Source: Octopus sinensis (taxonomy: Eukaryota). From it: a DNA stretch of 64,000 nt. The DNA lies in the NCBI RefSeq assembly GCF_006345805.1, contig NC_043005.1:31930001-31994000 (forward strand), written 5' to 3'. The notes below the pieces were generated by a model, which was not told the DNA's origin, did no database searches, and worked only from the letters and a program-made list of their open reading frames with translations. Shown here in pieces: positions 1 to 12,659 of this stretch. Position 1 is the stretch's first letter. Every line of letters begins with the position of its first letter. The position numbers were made by a program, and so were the translations under genes.

Positions 1-1100
1 ACCGCAAAAGAAACGCGTGACGTGTGTGACTGTGAAATATGTTTTAATTTCATTATGTCAGAGATGACTTTTAATAAATCTGATAACGTCAATTTCTTGG
101 ATGCACTTTGAACCCAGTCTATGGGTCGTTGTTATGTGTTCTGGTAGTGAGCGGATCCATCACATCGAGATTGTAGAGTATGACATGTTCAATACTGTGT
201 ATTCCCTCCCTGGGTGTTCAAAGCGGTCATACACCGTCGATACATGGAGTGCATGAGGCGGTTCACAAAAGCTATTAGCAACTGTGCCCAGACCCTGAGG
301 AAAGCTACCTCCAGTTCCACACGAGTCGTCGACCTTGGAACCACCTGATTCAGCCGTCACTCGGTTTTATCCCACAGGTGTTCAAATGGGTTCAAATCCG
401 AGCTGAGAGCCGGCTACGGCACGGCTCTGATCTTGTGTTGAGGCAGGAAGTCCCTCTGCTTGCACCAACATTTTGGAATACATGGGGCCCAATTCTTTGA
501 TTCAGGCCTATAGCACCCTAAACCATGATGCTTTTGCCACCTCACGCGTTCCTCTCCATGACATATGCGTTTCTGTAGCGTTCACCCCTCCTACGCCACA
601 CCCTCACTCTGCCATCCGAGGTGGAAACGCAGTACCGGCTCTCGTCAGAGAAGACTATCGACCTCCATTGTTGATACCGCCAATGTCGGTGCTGTGTAAT
701 CCATTGTAGTCATGCCTGATGGTGGTGGGCGGTGAGGACAGGCCCTCGAGCAGGACGACGGCAACACAGGTTTTGGCGGCCAGTCGATGTCGTACCGTGT
801 CGTCGCTGATGGGTCACTGCTTAGTGCCAATATTCTCACGAGCTGTCACACTGGTCAGTCTGAAGCGATCACAGAGGTGTTGCAAGTGGATGAAGTGGTC
901 CTGTCTGGACGTGGTCACCCAGGGGGGGCCCTCTGCAAGCACGGTCTGCAGTGCTGTTGGTGTTGTATCGCTGTTGCAGGCGATAGATGGTGCTGACATG
1001 GACACTGTAAGCTTTCACATCAACCAGGGCACGCTGCCCCACTTGCAATCGGCCGATAGCTTGTTCTCTCTGCGCTGCTGACAATCGGGTCATACCTGAT
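1..1100 (-). mobile_element. Degenerate Tc1-like DNA transposon
   Basis: Frameshifted minus-strand ORFs 869-1093 and 814-1005 give a Tc1/Tc3-like HTH N-terminus (MTRLSAAQREQAIGRLQVG...VSTIYRLQQRY...VTTSRQDHFI). A PDLNPFEHLWD-type motif lies near 365-400. Confidence 0.75.
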
Positions 1101-1119
1101 GCGTCCTAATAACGAATCT

Positions 1120-2650
1120 ATTTTTTTATTCTCCACTAAGGGATAAGACATAGATTGGACACTACAAAGAGAGACAAGATAGCACAAACAAAAAAGTGAG
1201 GGGAAAAAAACGAATGAAAAATGGATTTATGATAACAGATGAGAAAGGTGAAATGATAATTACACGGACCCCACGACCCATGCAACGTCATTGAAATTAT
1301 ACAGAAATTTACAGATAATTTTTAGTCTTGCGTGATAATTGAACGGTCACTATTTAATTTGAGTCTCTGAGGGTGCTTTACTGTGATGACGGTGTAGTAT
1401 TTTTTTTCTTTTGTGTGTGTGTGTGTAACTGGTTTGCAAGTTTTAGTAATTGGATTCGAAGAGTTTTGTGTCTTTTTTGTGTGTTTGGTCTTGTGTATCC
1501 GTTTTTATATTTTTAATGTTCGTGTGAGGTGGGTATTTTTTCCTCTCCCTCTTTGTCATCGACCAGTCATTGTCCCTTACCTCCATTGAGGTATATGGAA
1601 TATCCATTGTAGACTCCCTCTGTCTATCCTCCTCTTTTTCTACTGATTTCTCTACTGTGTTCCGCTTGGTTATTTCTTTCCTTGAGGGATTCTCTTCAGG
1701 TGTCGTCTTCTCTCCTTCACTTTGTTGTACAATGGGTGCTGCCTTTCTTTTTGTCTGTGCTGCTGTATGTTCTTCAGGTGGCAGGGCCTGAGGGCACGTT
1801 GCTTTTGTGTGGCCTTTCAGCCCGCACCTGAAGTACCTTAGGCTTCTGCCCGGAACCATTATCCTTAACTTTGTTTCGTCGGGTAGAATGACAAATTCTG
1901 GGATCTCTTCTAGATCCCTAACTTTTGCCGCACCACTTTTGTAAGATTTTGCTTTCAACTTGAAGAAGGGTTACCTCCTCTTTTATATTCACACATATGG
2001 CTGCTATTAGCCAAGCCGGACTGATTTCTGGCGGATAATCTTCAATTACTATTTTCGCTGTTCGTTTTCTCTAATAAGTCGGCAGCAGCACCAGCTCCGC
2101 CGACTGAAGGGTTATTGCTGATACCTCTTTTGCATCAACTTCGGAGACGAATGGCACTTCCACCGTGCCAAACTTCCTTCCTCTTTTTACGAACGAAAAC
2201 TTGTGCTGAATGATTTTTAAACATTCTTCAATTGCCTCTCTAGACACCATCTCTATCTTTTTCGTCTTTAGCGACAGCGTCCTGTAGACGATCGTTCTTA
2301 TTGCGATGCTTTGTGTAACTTCTTCTGCGGCTAGGTCAGTCTCACATTGATTCCCTCCCCCTGTAGAATTGGGTCAAATTTCCTTACTGCTATCGGTCTG
2401 ATAGTGTGTCTTTTTTTATAGTTACCGACGGTGGCCGCATATTCTCTTTTTTTCATTTTCCGACTCGGAGTTCTCAATCACACAAAGTTCGTACACGTCA
2501 TACCTGCAGACCGTATTTTCCATTTTTATGTAAGAACAAACTTCTTACACAAAAACAAAATCGAGGGAACAAATAGATAAACAAAGCTTGCTGAAAATGA
2601 CACAAAGCAGTCAATCACAGAAAGGGAAAAAAAACTGCAACAACTACAAA
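1120..2650 (-). mobile_element. Tx1/L1-family element carrying only ORF1 (zinc knuckle), HAL1-like
   Basis: ORF 1443-1958 has a degenerate knuckle (YFRCGLKGHTKATC) similar to the ORF1 remnant at 5633-5870. The 3' end and A-tail at ~1120-1180 resemble the Tx1 3' end at ~2727-2785. No endonuclease or RT lies between them. Confidence 0.65.
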
Positions 2651-2726
2651 TAAAACAGTACTCAACAGTAAGAATAGCATTCTATCAATTCCAAAATAAC
2701 CCGCTTGAATGGCGTCCAAATTACGA

Positions 2727-5700
2727 ATTTATTTTACATAAACTATACAAGGTTAAACATAGAGGGGACAGCACAAGGACAAACCGGGTTCGGGGACAAA
2801 ACTCGAATGATATGGCATGATGTACAGAAAAGTTACAAATGTATGATGATAATATATAATAGAGCGAATGAAAATAAGTAGGCCCTTTCACTCCCAACAT
2901 TGGCGCAACTTTCTTCCATCTCTTTTCATACTTACTTCATGGCAGGCACCTCCTCTCCAGCCCTACTTTCCTTCTAAGGTGGAAGGCAAAGTAGTTTACT
3001 AAAGTAAAGCCGGAGATGAGGGTGCCTGTAATGATACCTTTCACACATGTCTTCCACACTACCTCTTTCGCTATAGCCACTACAGCTATGAATCAGGCCC
3101 CTGCCCTTCCTTATTTAGGGAAGGCGGTGAAACAATCTTAATTATCGACTCGGTCAACAGTTGTACTCTTCCTAGTTGTGACAGCAGTTGCTCAACATAA
3201 ACCCACAGTTCCGAGAGTCTCGGACACTGCACGATTGCGTGTAGAACAGTTTTGCTGTTCTGCTCGCATCATGGGCATGTAGGCGAAACCGAGGCGCCAT
3301 GCCTGGAGAGTTTGTCTCGAACTGGTAAGGCACTTCGGTAAAATTGCCAAGCAAGGGACTTTTGGAAGTTGCCCATAGACCCTGTCCCGAATGTCTTCAG
3401 TACAAGCTGGCAAACTGACTGTCATCGAAGCCCAGAGTTTCCCCCGGACCGTCGTCACACTTGGCCTCTACTAACTGTCTATAGAATACCGAGGTAGAAC
3501 CCCTGCAGCTGGCGTTACTCGCCCGGGAGAGAAGCACGAGTACCTGACGGCACTCCGATTGCCAAGCTCCTAGCCTTGGTCTACGCTTGATCCACGGTTC
3601 CAGTTCACCGAAAAACCTGAACCTGAGAAGCATCGATTTAACGAACAGAGACCACATCCACTCACCGTCCGGTAGAGCCAGAGATGCCTCAGCTTCAGCG
3701 CATGCCAGCGCATTTTTAGCCACAGCATCCCTAACCCACCCTTTAGCGGTTGTTGGCAGCAGATAGAGCGCCTTACCTACCCTCTGTAGGTGCTGGACCC
3801 TGGATACGATGACGGTGTAACTGATCTTCTACACTCTAGATCTCGCGAGACACCACTCATAGTCTCCAATTTCCGCAGTAATGGCTCGAGGGCCAATACA
3901 TACAGCAGAGGTGAGAGTGGACATCCTTGACGGACCGAGCGCCCGATGCAGAACAGCTCCGAGAAGAAACCGTTCACCTGAATGACCGACTTGATGTTGC
4001 TATATAAAGCGTTGATCCATCTGCGAAAGGTCGGGCCCAAGCCCGGCCGCCGCAAGGAGCGCCGCCAGATACTGATAGTCTACCCTATCGAAGGCTTTAG
4101 AGTGGTCTAAATGGACCAACGCCCCACCCTTGCCAAGAATTCTATTAACCCTCTCTAAGGTATAGCGTATAAGATGAAGATTATCGTGTATAGACCTGCC
4201 GGGGATGGCGCAATTTTGCGCCTCCCCGACAAGTCCACCCACTTTTTGCCAGTACCTTGGCCAAAATCTTCAACTCTGCGTTAAGCAGAGGGATAGGTCT
4301 AAAATAATCAATTACATCCCCTTGTCCTTTCTAAGCTGCACCACAACCCCCTGGCTCACAGACTTAGGAATACACGCGTTCTGCTACCAGTTGGTGTAGA
4401 CGCATGCTAGTAGGTGCTCAAACAAATCTGGCATGCTATAATAAGGTTCATAGGGGAGATTATCTCATCCCGGTGACTTGTCCCCGCCACAGTCCGACAA
4501 TGCCTCCTCCACTTCCTTGGCAGTGATCAGCCCTTCACAGCATTCCGCATCCCACCCCAAGAGACAGACCGGCAAGGAAATCCATGAGGTCCTCCCTTAT
4601 CTCCGGCCCAACGCTGCCCACGAATAGCTGGGCGAAATACTCGTGAAAGACCTTACACATCTTATCGGGTTCGTTTACCGTGCACTCATGTTGGTCTGTC
4701 AAAGACCTTAATATGGCATTGTTGCCAAGCTGGGTCTTTAACATACAAGCCCATCCAGAACGTTAATTCCCTCTCGACCCATTGCACGTATCTTTGCTCT
4801 GACAATGCAACCCTTGTGTTTATCTTCGAGCGCTATTCTCGCTGCCAACACTCGGGATGCAGAGCCAGATTTCAATGCTTCCTCTAAAGCCCTTAACTAA
4901 AGTCCTTTCTACACTATTTCTATGCTTAGATAATTCTTTACTAAATCTAATTGACTCACATTTAATGACTCTTTTGAGGGCATATCACCATTTGTTAATA
5001 ATAATGAAATCGGTGAATGCCCTCATTACTAACTGTCTATTCCGGCTCCTGTAGGCTTCACAGGCCAAAAGTAACCTGTTTAGCTTCCATTAACCGGGTC
5101 CCTGTCTGTGCACACTGTCTAGGTCAAGCTTACAGGTCACAAGTTTGTGATCATGCTAGGTGACGATGTGGAACTGTGGACACTTAAGTATATTTTTGTC
5201 CTTAATCTTAACTATCATTCTATCTAAGTATGATCTAGCAGACCCGTTGCTATTTGACCGCGTCCACTGTGGAACACCCGGGTAATCTAGTCTATATCGA
5301 TCTGCTAACTGAAAACTACTGGGCAAATCATTGAGGTATAAGTTTCCCCTCCTATCTGGATTCGAGCCTACGCAATATACGTGTGCATCGTAAATTGCAT
5401 TGATGTTACCTAATAATACATTTTCTAGGTTTCTGAAAAGGTCAGACTATCTAATCATGCAAGGGGCACAGGCAGCTACCAACCTGAAGGTCTTACCACT
5501 GCTGTACGTCACTTCAAGGACAACCAGCCTACCCTCTGAGATTAGTCTTGTTTTCAAATCGAGTCCTTCCTGAGTAGAACTGCGACTCCTTCCTCCCACA
5601 CACACCTCCAGGTTAACATAAAGAAATAACTTTCAATGAGGTATCTTCCTCCTTCTCCGGCACCGTTTTAGCCAGCAGTCGAGGTGCGTTTTGTTTTTCT

Positions 5701-5880
5701 CTTGGTGGGGGGAGGCACAGATGTTTTCACGGTTGGTGGAGGGCATTCCGCTCTTACGTGGCCTCTCAGGCCACACTTGTAGCACCGAAGCTTCCTGCCC
5801 TCCACCGCAACTCTCAACTTGGTGTTTTCCCCCCAACGTAATTATGTCTGTAATCTCTTCAAGATGTCTGAGGTAGCCTG
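2727..5880 (-). mobile_element. Degenerate Tx1/L1-clade LINE (ORF1 remnant, APE, RT, C-terminal Zn finger)
   Basis: RT motifs ALVHLDHSKAFDRVD and SVRQGCPLSPLLYVLALEPL; APE remnants (YLDR.., SDHK-like) ~5050-5500; CYKCGLRGHVRAEC knuckle ~5740-5790; many frameshifts. Confidence 0.85.
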
Positions 5881-5899
5881 GATTAATATTTCCAGGGTC

Positions 5900-5904
5900 A
5901 TCAT

Positions 5905-5938
<34 letters not shown>

Positions 5939-7377
5939 GTTTAACGTCCGTTTTCCATGCTAGCATGGGTTGGACGGTTTGACCAGAGTCTGGGAAGCCA
6001 GGAGGTAGCGCCAGGCTCCAGTCTGATCTGGCAGTGTTTCTACAACTGGATGCCCGTCCTAACGCCAACCATTCCGTGAGTGTAGTGGGTGATTTTTACA
6101 TGCCACCGGCACAGGGGCCACAGGAGGCTGGCAAACGGCCACGATCGGTTGGTACTTTTTACGTGTCATCGACACGGACGCCAGTCAGGCGGCGCTGGCA
6201 TCAGCCACGTTTGGATGGTGCTTTTTACGTACCACCGTCACGGGTATCACAACTACAATTTTCATTTGATTTTTATTTTGATGTTGGTGTTGATGTATTT
6301 GACTCAATAAGTTTCCTCAAGAACAGTGGGTCACTCTACGATCCAAAGTTAGCACAGCTGGCCGTCTTGCGAGCCATGAACTCACTTCATTTGTCGGGTC
6401 TTCGAAGTTACAGCATATCTCCAGAGGTCTCGGTCTTTCGTCATAGCCTCTATGAAGCTCAACGTACGAAGGTTATGCTTGACCACCTCGTCCCATGTCT
6501 TCCTGGGTCTACCTCTACCCCGGATTCCTTCAACAGTTTGGGAGTGGCACGTCTTCACACATCTCTCCTCATCCATCTGTAGTACATGACCATACCAACG
6601 CAGTCGTCTCTCCTGCACGGTGCATCTGATGCTTCTTATGTCCAACATTTCTCTCAGGGTGCTTACACTCTGTTGTGCATGGCCACTGACATTACACATC
6701 CAACGGATCATGCTAGCTTAATTTCTTTTGAGCCTACACATATCCTCCGCAGTCACAGCCCATGTTTCACTGCTGTGAAGCATGGCAGTTTGTACACATG
6801 CATTGTACAATCTACCTTTCACTCTGAGTGAGAGACCCTTTATCGCCAGTAGGGGAAGAAGCTTTCTAAACTTTACCCAGGCTATTCTTATTCTCGTGGT
6901 AACACTTTCTGAGCATCCACCCCCACTACTAACTTGGTCACCTAGGTAGCGGAAACTATCAACTACTTCTAGTTTCTCCCCCAGGAGTGTAATGGAATCT
7001 GTTTTCTGAGTATCAGTGGTGTCTATTGCCCCTGTGCATCTGCCGCACATGAAAGCTATCTTCTCGGTTAATTTTCCTTTGATGTTGCTGCACCTCTTAT
7101 GTGTCCATAGCTTACACTGGGTACATCTTATGGAGTTTCTACCTACACCATTTCTGCAGATCGAGCAGGGCCACCTACCTGAAGGGGCGTGTGGTGAGTT
7201 TGCCTTCTTGCTTACTACAATTTTGGTCTTTGCCACATTGACTCTAAGGCCTTCTGATTCTAAACCTAGCTTCCACACACGAAATTTCTTCTCTAGTTCT
7301 AGTAGTGATTCTGCTACGAGGGCTAGGTCATCAGCATAGAGGAGCTCCCAGGGGCAACCTGTCTTGAATTCCTCTGT

Positions 7378-7378
<1 letters not shown>
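5900..7378 (-). mobile_element. 5'-truncated RTE-clade LINE with (GAT)n tail
   Basis: ORFs 6718-7551 and 6382-6711: PWELLYADDLAL, FRYLG, RRLRWYGHV, RGRGRPRKTW. The 3' UTR ends in GAT repeats at ~5900-5940. Confidence 0.88.
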
Positions 7379-7438
<60 letters not shown>

Positions 7439-7439
7439 A

Positions 7440-7930
7440 TGTGTGTGAGAGTCTTTGTGACTGTGTTTGTCTCCCATACCACCTGACAACCATTGCTGGT
7501 GTGTTTACACCCCTGTAACTTAGCAGTTTGGCAAAAGAAAATAAGTACCATGCTTAAAAATATGTCCAGGTGTTGATTTGTTCAACTAAAACCCTTCATG
7601 TTGGCACTCCAGCATGGTCGCAATCAACTGACTGAAACAAGTAAAAGAATATATATGTTCTTTTATTCTTTTGTTCTTTTACTTGTTTCAATCATTTGAC
7701 CGCAGCCATGCTGGAGCACCACCTTGAAGGGGTTTTTTTTAGTCAAACAAATTCACCCCTAGGACTTATTTTTTAAGGTTAGTACTTATTCTGTTGGTCC
7801 CTTATGCTGAACCACCAACTTATGGTGATATAAACATGTATATATATATGTTTATGGTGACATAAACATACCAACAACAGTTATCAAATGGTGATGGAGG
7901 GACAAATGCAGACACAAAAACACACATACA
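7440..7930. mobile_element. SINE-like repeats (head-to-head fragments)
   Basis: Motifs such as AACTTAGCAGTT, CCATGCTGGAGCACC and GACTTATT recur at 19580-19790, 23560-23650, 38370-38450 and 47440-47555. Confidence 0.6.
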
Positions 7931-7937
7931 TAGATAA

Positions 7938-7995
<58 letters not shown>

Positions 7996-8134
7996 AATAT
8001 GTATGTATATTTATCTATGTATGTGTGTTTTTGTGTCTGCATTTGTCCCTCCATCACCATTTGATAACTGTTGTTGGTATGTTTATGTCACCATAAACAT
8101 ATATATATATACATGTTTATATATATATAATATA

Positions 8135-8166
<32 letters not shown>

Positions 8167-8169
<3 letters not shown>

Positions 8170-8626
8170 CAAGATAAGAAAATGGAGAAATACATCTAAA
8201 TCAAATATCAACTACCAGATAATACTCAATCACATACTTTATTAAACCACCACATAAGAGACTGTAGGGTTAAACATAAAAAAGCAGAACAAATCAGTGT
8301 ACATAAAGGAATGTACATAAAAAAGTGTACATAAAAGAGTAATGTTGTATGATAAGTAGAATATTTATAAAAGAGAATATAAATATAAGTAAATATAAAT
8401 ATAAGTATAGATTATATTCTCTTTTATATATATTCTACTTATTATACAACATTACTCTTTTATGTACACTTTTTTATGTACATTCCTTTATGTACACTGA
8501 TTTGTTCTGCTTTTTATATTTAACCCTACAGTCTCTTATGTGGTGGTTTAATAAAGTATGTGATTGAGTATTATCTGGTAGTTGATATTTGATTTAGATG
8601 TATTTCTCCATTTTCTTATCTTGTAT
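8167..8626. repeat. Long near-perfect inverted repeat (~215 bp arms, 29 nt spacer)
   Basis: 8167-8382 is the reverse complement of 8412-8626, with about 3 substitutions and 1 indel. Confidence 0.95.
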
Positions 8627-8889
8627 TAGTAATTTGTGGTAAATCATTTTACCTTTGCCCATATAATACAGTAAATGAATTGATTGCATCGCAATCATTA
8701 ACATTTATGTATTAACTTTGTTGGGTACTTCACTAGCAGTATATTGGATATATGTTATCCCATGGAGGGTTGCATTTACAACCCCTATCTCAATTTGTAT
8801 ATATATATATATTTATGCATCAGGGTGTGCTTCTTTTTTGGATATATGATACCCTGATACCCAGACAATATATATATATATATATACAC

Positions 8890-9050
8890 GATAGGCTTCT
8901 TTCAGTTTCCATCTGTGAAATCCACTCACAGAGCTTTGGTTGGCCCATGGCTATAGTAGAAGACACTTACCCATGGTGCCACACAGTGGAGCAGAACCTG
9001 GAACCATGAAGTTTGGAAGCAAGCTTCTTACCACACAGCCACTCCTGTGC
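8890..9050 (-). mobile_element. SINE-like repeat
   Basis: Same family as the + strand copy at 11478-11640 (GGCTGTGTGGTAA...CAAGGCTTTG/GTGAGTGGATTT) and fragments at 23205-23270 and 38525-38575. Confidence 0.6.
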
Positions 9051-9568
9051 TTATATATATATATTGCTTGTATATATATATATGCTTGTGTATACATATA
9101 AGTACATGTGTGTTTTATGTGCATGAGTACATATTCATAAATGCACGTGTATGTGTGCATACATATTATTTTCTTTCTCATTCTATTTACTAGATTTATT
9201 TCTCTCGGAGGAAAAGTCAAAAGCAAGAGACTAGTAGCTCTGTCAGAGGTAAGTGGTAATAATAAGATGAGGAGGAGAATGATAATGATGATGATGATGA
9301 TATTTCATGTTTGATAGCTATACTATCCCACAGAATACAGTAGAATACAGTATATCCACTGTTAGCCATTACTGCATAGATCATCATTGTCACCATTATC
9401 ATCATCATACTCATCAATATCATCACCACCATTATCATCATCAGGTTGACCCTGCTCAAATTCATATGACTCTGATCATCCTATCAGCTCAGTCTTCCAT
9501 GTGTGACAGTTCCTCTTCGTAACACCTAATGACAATGTCTGTTAACCGAACAATAAACAAATACTTAC

Positions 9569-9844
9569 TTCTTCACAAGTTAGAGCCATGTTGACATACC
9601 CAAAGTGTAACATCACTAACCTTTTTTCTTCTCCCCTATTGTCCAACAAAAAACATAGAATCTTCTTTCTCTGGATAGGTGTTGGGTATTTTAGTGGGCT
9701 TATTGAAGAAACTTTCTCTGGTTGAGTGTTCTTTCCAAGACATGGTTGAAGCATGCACAATAGGTGCATGCTTCCAATGTCAAAAGTCTTTTGATTGGTG
9801 TCCATGTGGAAGAGGCTCTTGTAAAAACATAGGTACATGTTAAG
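9569..9844 (-). CDS. Candidate phase 0-0 coding exon of an unidentified minus-strand gene
   Basis: 276-nt open frame in non-repetitive sequence, bounded by tgtag and GAA|gtaagt: LNMYLCFYKSLF...NMALTCEE. No recognised homology. Confidence 0.3.
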
Positions 9845-10178
9845 CTACATATCAACAAAGCTCAGACAGAACATTAATGTCAGCATAAAATAGAACTCTA
9901 AACTGTCAGAGATTTTAAACAGAAATTATTTTTGCGTTGTGACTTGGCTGTTTGTATAAACACATGGAAGCATCTTTTCTTTATGAACAGAAAAAGAAGG
10001 ACCTACAAAGTTCAGACACTGTTTATTGAAGGATTAAATAAATCAGATAAACTAGTTTAGTTAGTTCAATTAATAAATTACTAGTATGTTAATAGAATGT
10101 TGTCTCAATTCTACTCTGACATATAGAATAGTATATAGAATAATGTATATATATATGTGTGTGTGTGTTTGTATGTAT

Positions 10179-10213
<35 letters not shown>

Positions 10214-11190
10214 AAGAGAGAGAGATACAGAGGGGTAGAAAGTAGATAGATAAATGGATGGATGGATGAATTTGGGTTGGTGGGTGGGTTTTAAGCAACA
10301 CTGTGTGCATGTAAACATCTTATTTTTATACACAATATCTTTGTAGACAGAAAAAGAGGGATGTCTGGACTAGCTTTAATTCAGTACTAGTTTTAATTCA
10401 GCATCTAGGTACACTCTTTATCTATCCACAGATACATAACTGCACTATTCCTAAGGAATAATTGAACTGAATTAACCAATTTGCACATCTAATGCATTCT
10501 TGGCAATTAGTTCCTGCCAAATCTTTACTCAGATTGCAGGGTATTGGATGGAACTAAAAGGATTCAGGAGCAACAGGCTTCTTCACAGTTGTTTTGTTTA
10601 ATTCACTAAATGTGCTTGTTTTATTTTATTTGCTTTATCAGGGGTGGATAGTATCAATAAAGTCTGGAAGAAATAGAGGCACTGTGATGCTGAAGGATTG
10701 ACATGCCAGTAGGTAATCATACAGGTAGGCAGAAACATAGATAGATAAACAGACAAATAGAAAAACAGACAGATTGACAGAGAAAAAAAACATACATGAT
10801 ATGAAAACAAAAACAAGTGAAACCTGCAAGATATATGAAAATAAGAAATAATATTCCGGAAAATAACGGAAATAAACCTGAAAAACAATCCATATAGAAG
10901 TAAAAATGCACAAAAAGAAATAATAAGGAAAGAATCTATCTAGAAAAGGTTTCAAAAAAAGACAAAGGAAAACGAAGAAACACGTTCTTTAGAACATGCA
11001 AGGGAGAATATAAATATCTAATTCGGAACAAATAAAATGCATAAAACAAGGTAGATTACTGAAATTAGACAATACTGTAGTTACTTCCCTTACAAACATG
11101 CTCGCTATGACGTTTTTTTTTTTTTAACTTTGATTTACATGAAAGACATATTTGTATGCAGCTTTTTCTTGTCTAATATTTTTCTTTCAG

Positions 11191-11292
11191 GTGATGTCTG
11201 ACTTTGATATCGTAGTTAACTGCTGTGGTTTGGGAAATTATCAGTTGAATAATGATCGAAAGATGACACCGATTCGAGGTCAAGTCATTAGG
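11191..11292 (+). CDS. DAO/DDO: D-amino acid / D-aspartate oxidase family, internal exon (VMSDFDIVVNCCGLG...PIRGQVIR)
   Basis: ttttctttcag acceptor, AGG|gtaaat donor, 102 nt. Carries the family motifs D-x-V-V-N-C-x-G and P-x-R-G-Q. Confidence 0.93.
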
Positions 11293-11381
11293 GTAAATAT
11301 TGATATATAACAAACATCTTACTGAAACAATGCATAGCGTATATATGTTTATCCACAATTTAATATATATATACATATACA

Positions 11382-11443
<62 letters not shown>

Positions 11444-11477
11444 CGTACGTGCGTGCATGTATGTATACATACATACA

Positions 11478-11640
11478 TAGGCGCAATGTGGCTGTGTGGT
11501 AAAAAGTTGCTTCCCAACCACATGGTTCTGGGTTCAGTCTCACTGCATGGCAGTTTAGGTAAGTGTCCTTTTCTATAGCCTTGGGCCAACCAATGCCTTG
11601 TGAGTGGATTTGGAAGATAGAAACTGAAAGAAGACCATTG
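11478..11640 (+). mobile_element. SINE-like repeat
   Basis: Multiple related copies in the window; flanked by (TG)n. Confidence 0.6.
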
Positions 11641-11764
11641 TGTGTGTGTGTGTGTGTGCATTTCTGTGTCTTTATGTCTGATAAGGGTACATGATAACAC
11701 TTCCAATCAGTTAAGAGCAGAAGCCACGAGAGCCACTACCTGGTACTGCATCAGGGCATTTATT

Positions 11765-11808
<44 letters not shown>

Positions 11809-12083
11809 TATTATTATTATTATTGAGTGAGAGAGCAGTGCATGCCATCAAAGTGACACTGGGTAAAATATACGAAGCCCAGTATACCCATCATGACTAC
11901 CCATCTGATAAGGGTACACCGGCACATGCATCACAACCATATGTGTGCTACATGGTGATCTCATATCAAGATAAACAGTACATGACTTTGCAGGTGGAGC
12001 CCAATTAGAATTTTCTTCACATCAAGTAGCTCATCCCACTCAAGTCCTTGAATGAGGATTAATAGTTGGTCTTTGCATCCTTC

Positions 12084-12200
12084 TTGTTGTTGTTGTTATT
12101 GTTGTTGTTGTTGTTGTTGTTGTTACTGCTGCTGGTGGTGGTGGTGGTGCTGCTGCTGCTGCTGTTGTTGTTGTTGTTGTCGTCATCATTATTATCATTA
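12084..12200. repeat. Compound trinucleotide microsatellite (TTG/CTG/GTG/CAT) abutting a splice acceptor
   Basis: Read directly from the sequence. Confidence 0.9.
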
Positions 12201-12207
12201 TCAACAG

Positions 12208-12278
12208 GTAAATGCACCATGGATAAAACACTTTTACTTCAGTGATGAGGCTACTAAACCATTATATATTTTTCCTAC
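12208..12278 (+). CDS. DAO/DDO: DAO/DDO internal exon (VNAPWIKHFYFSDEATKPLYIFP-T)
   Basis: caacag acceptor, AC|gtaagt donor, 71 nt (phase 0 to 2). APWxxHF and YIxP motifs; frame continues from the previous exon. Confidence 0.92.
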
Positions 12279-12429
12279 GTAAGTTAATTTGTTATCCTTT
12301 TTCTCTTTTTCTTTTCTGTTTTCTCTCTTTTTATACATTCAAGTATAATTATAAAATAATATAGAGTTCACCTGCTCAGCAGATGAGCACATTTCTTTCA
12401 AAATCAAGGAGACCATCTTTGAACATCTA

Positions 12430-12659
12430 TTAACCCTTTTGTTTTTGAACCACAGAAGACTGCCTTCGATTTTATGGTACACACCTCCTGTTTGAAAGTG
12501 ATTTACATTAAAACTTCCTATCAAAATTTCACAATTATTTATGTTCCTGATATCAGCCTAATAATGACAAAATTATTTTACTATATTCTTCATTAATTTT
12601 CAAGTTAATAGAAAGAAAAACAGCATTGTTCAACATAAATATGGTAACAAAAGTGTTAA
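12430..12659. mobile_element. TTAA-flanked (piggyBac-type) MITE
   Basis: ttaaCCCTTTTGTT...AACAAAAGTGttaa imperfect terminal inverted repeats. Confidence 0.5.

Noticed and set aside
1-11190. Search for upstream DAO/DDO exons (GxGxxG N-terminus etc.)
   Set aside because: None found by eye; probably 5' of the window, though a very short exon could have been missed.
12040-12207. Poly-Cys/Trp and poly-Thr ORFs
   Set aside because: Trinucleotide repeat; only 12208-12278 is a real exon.
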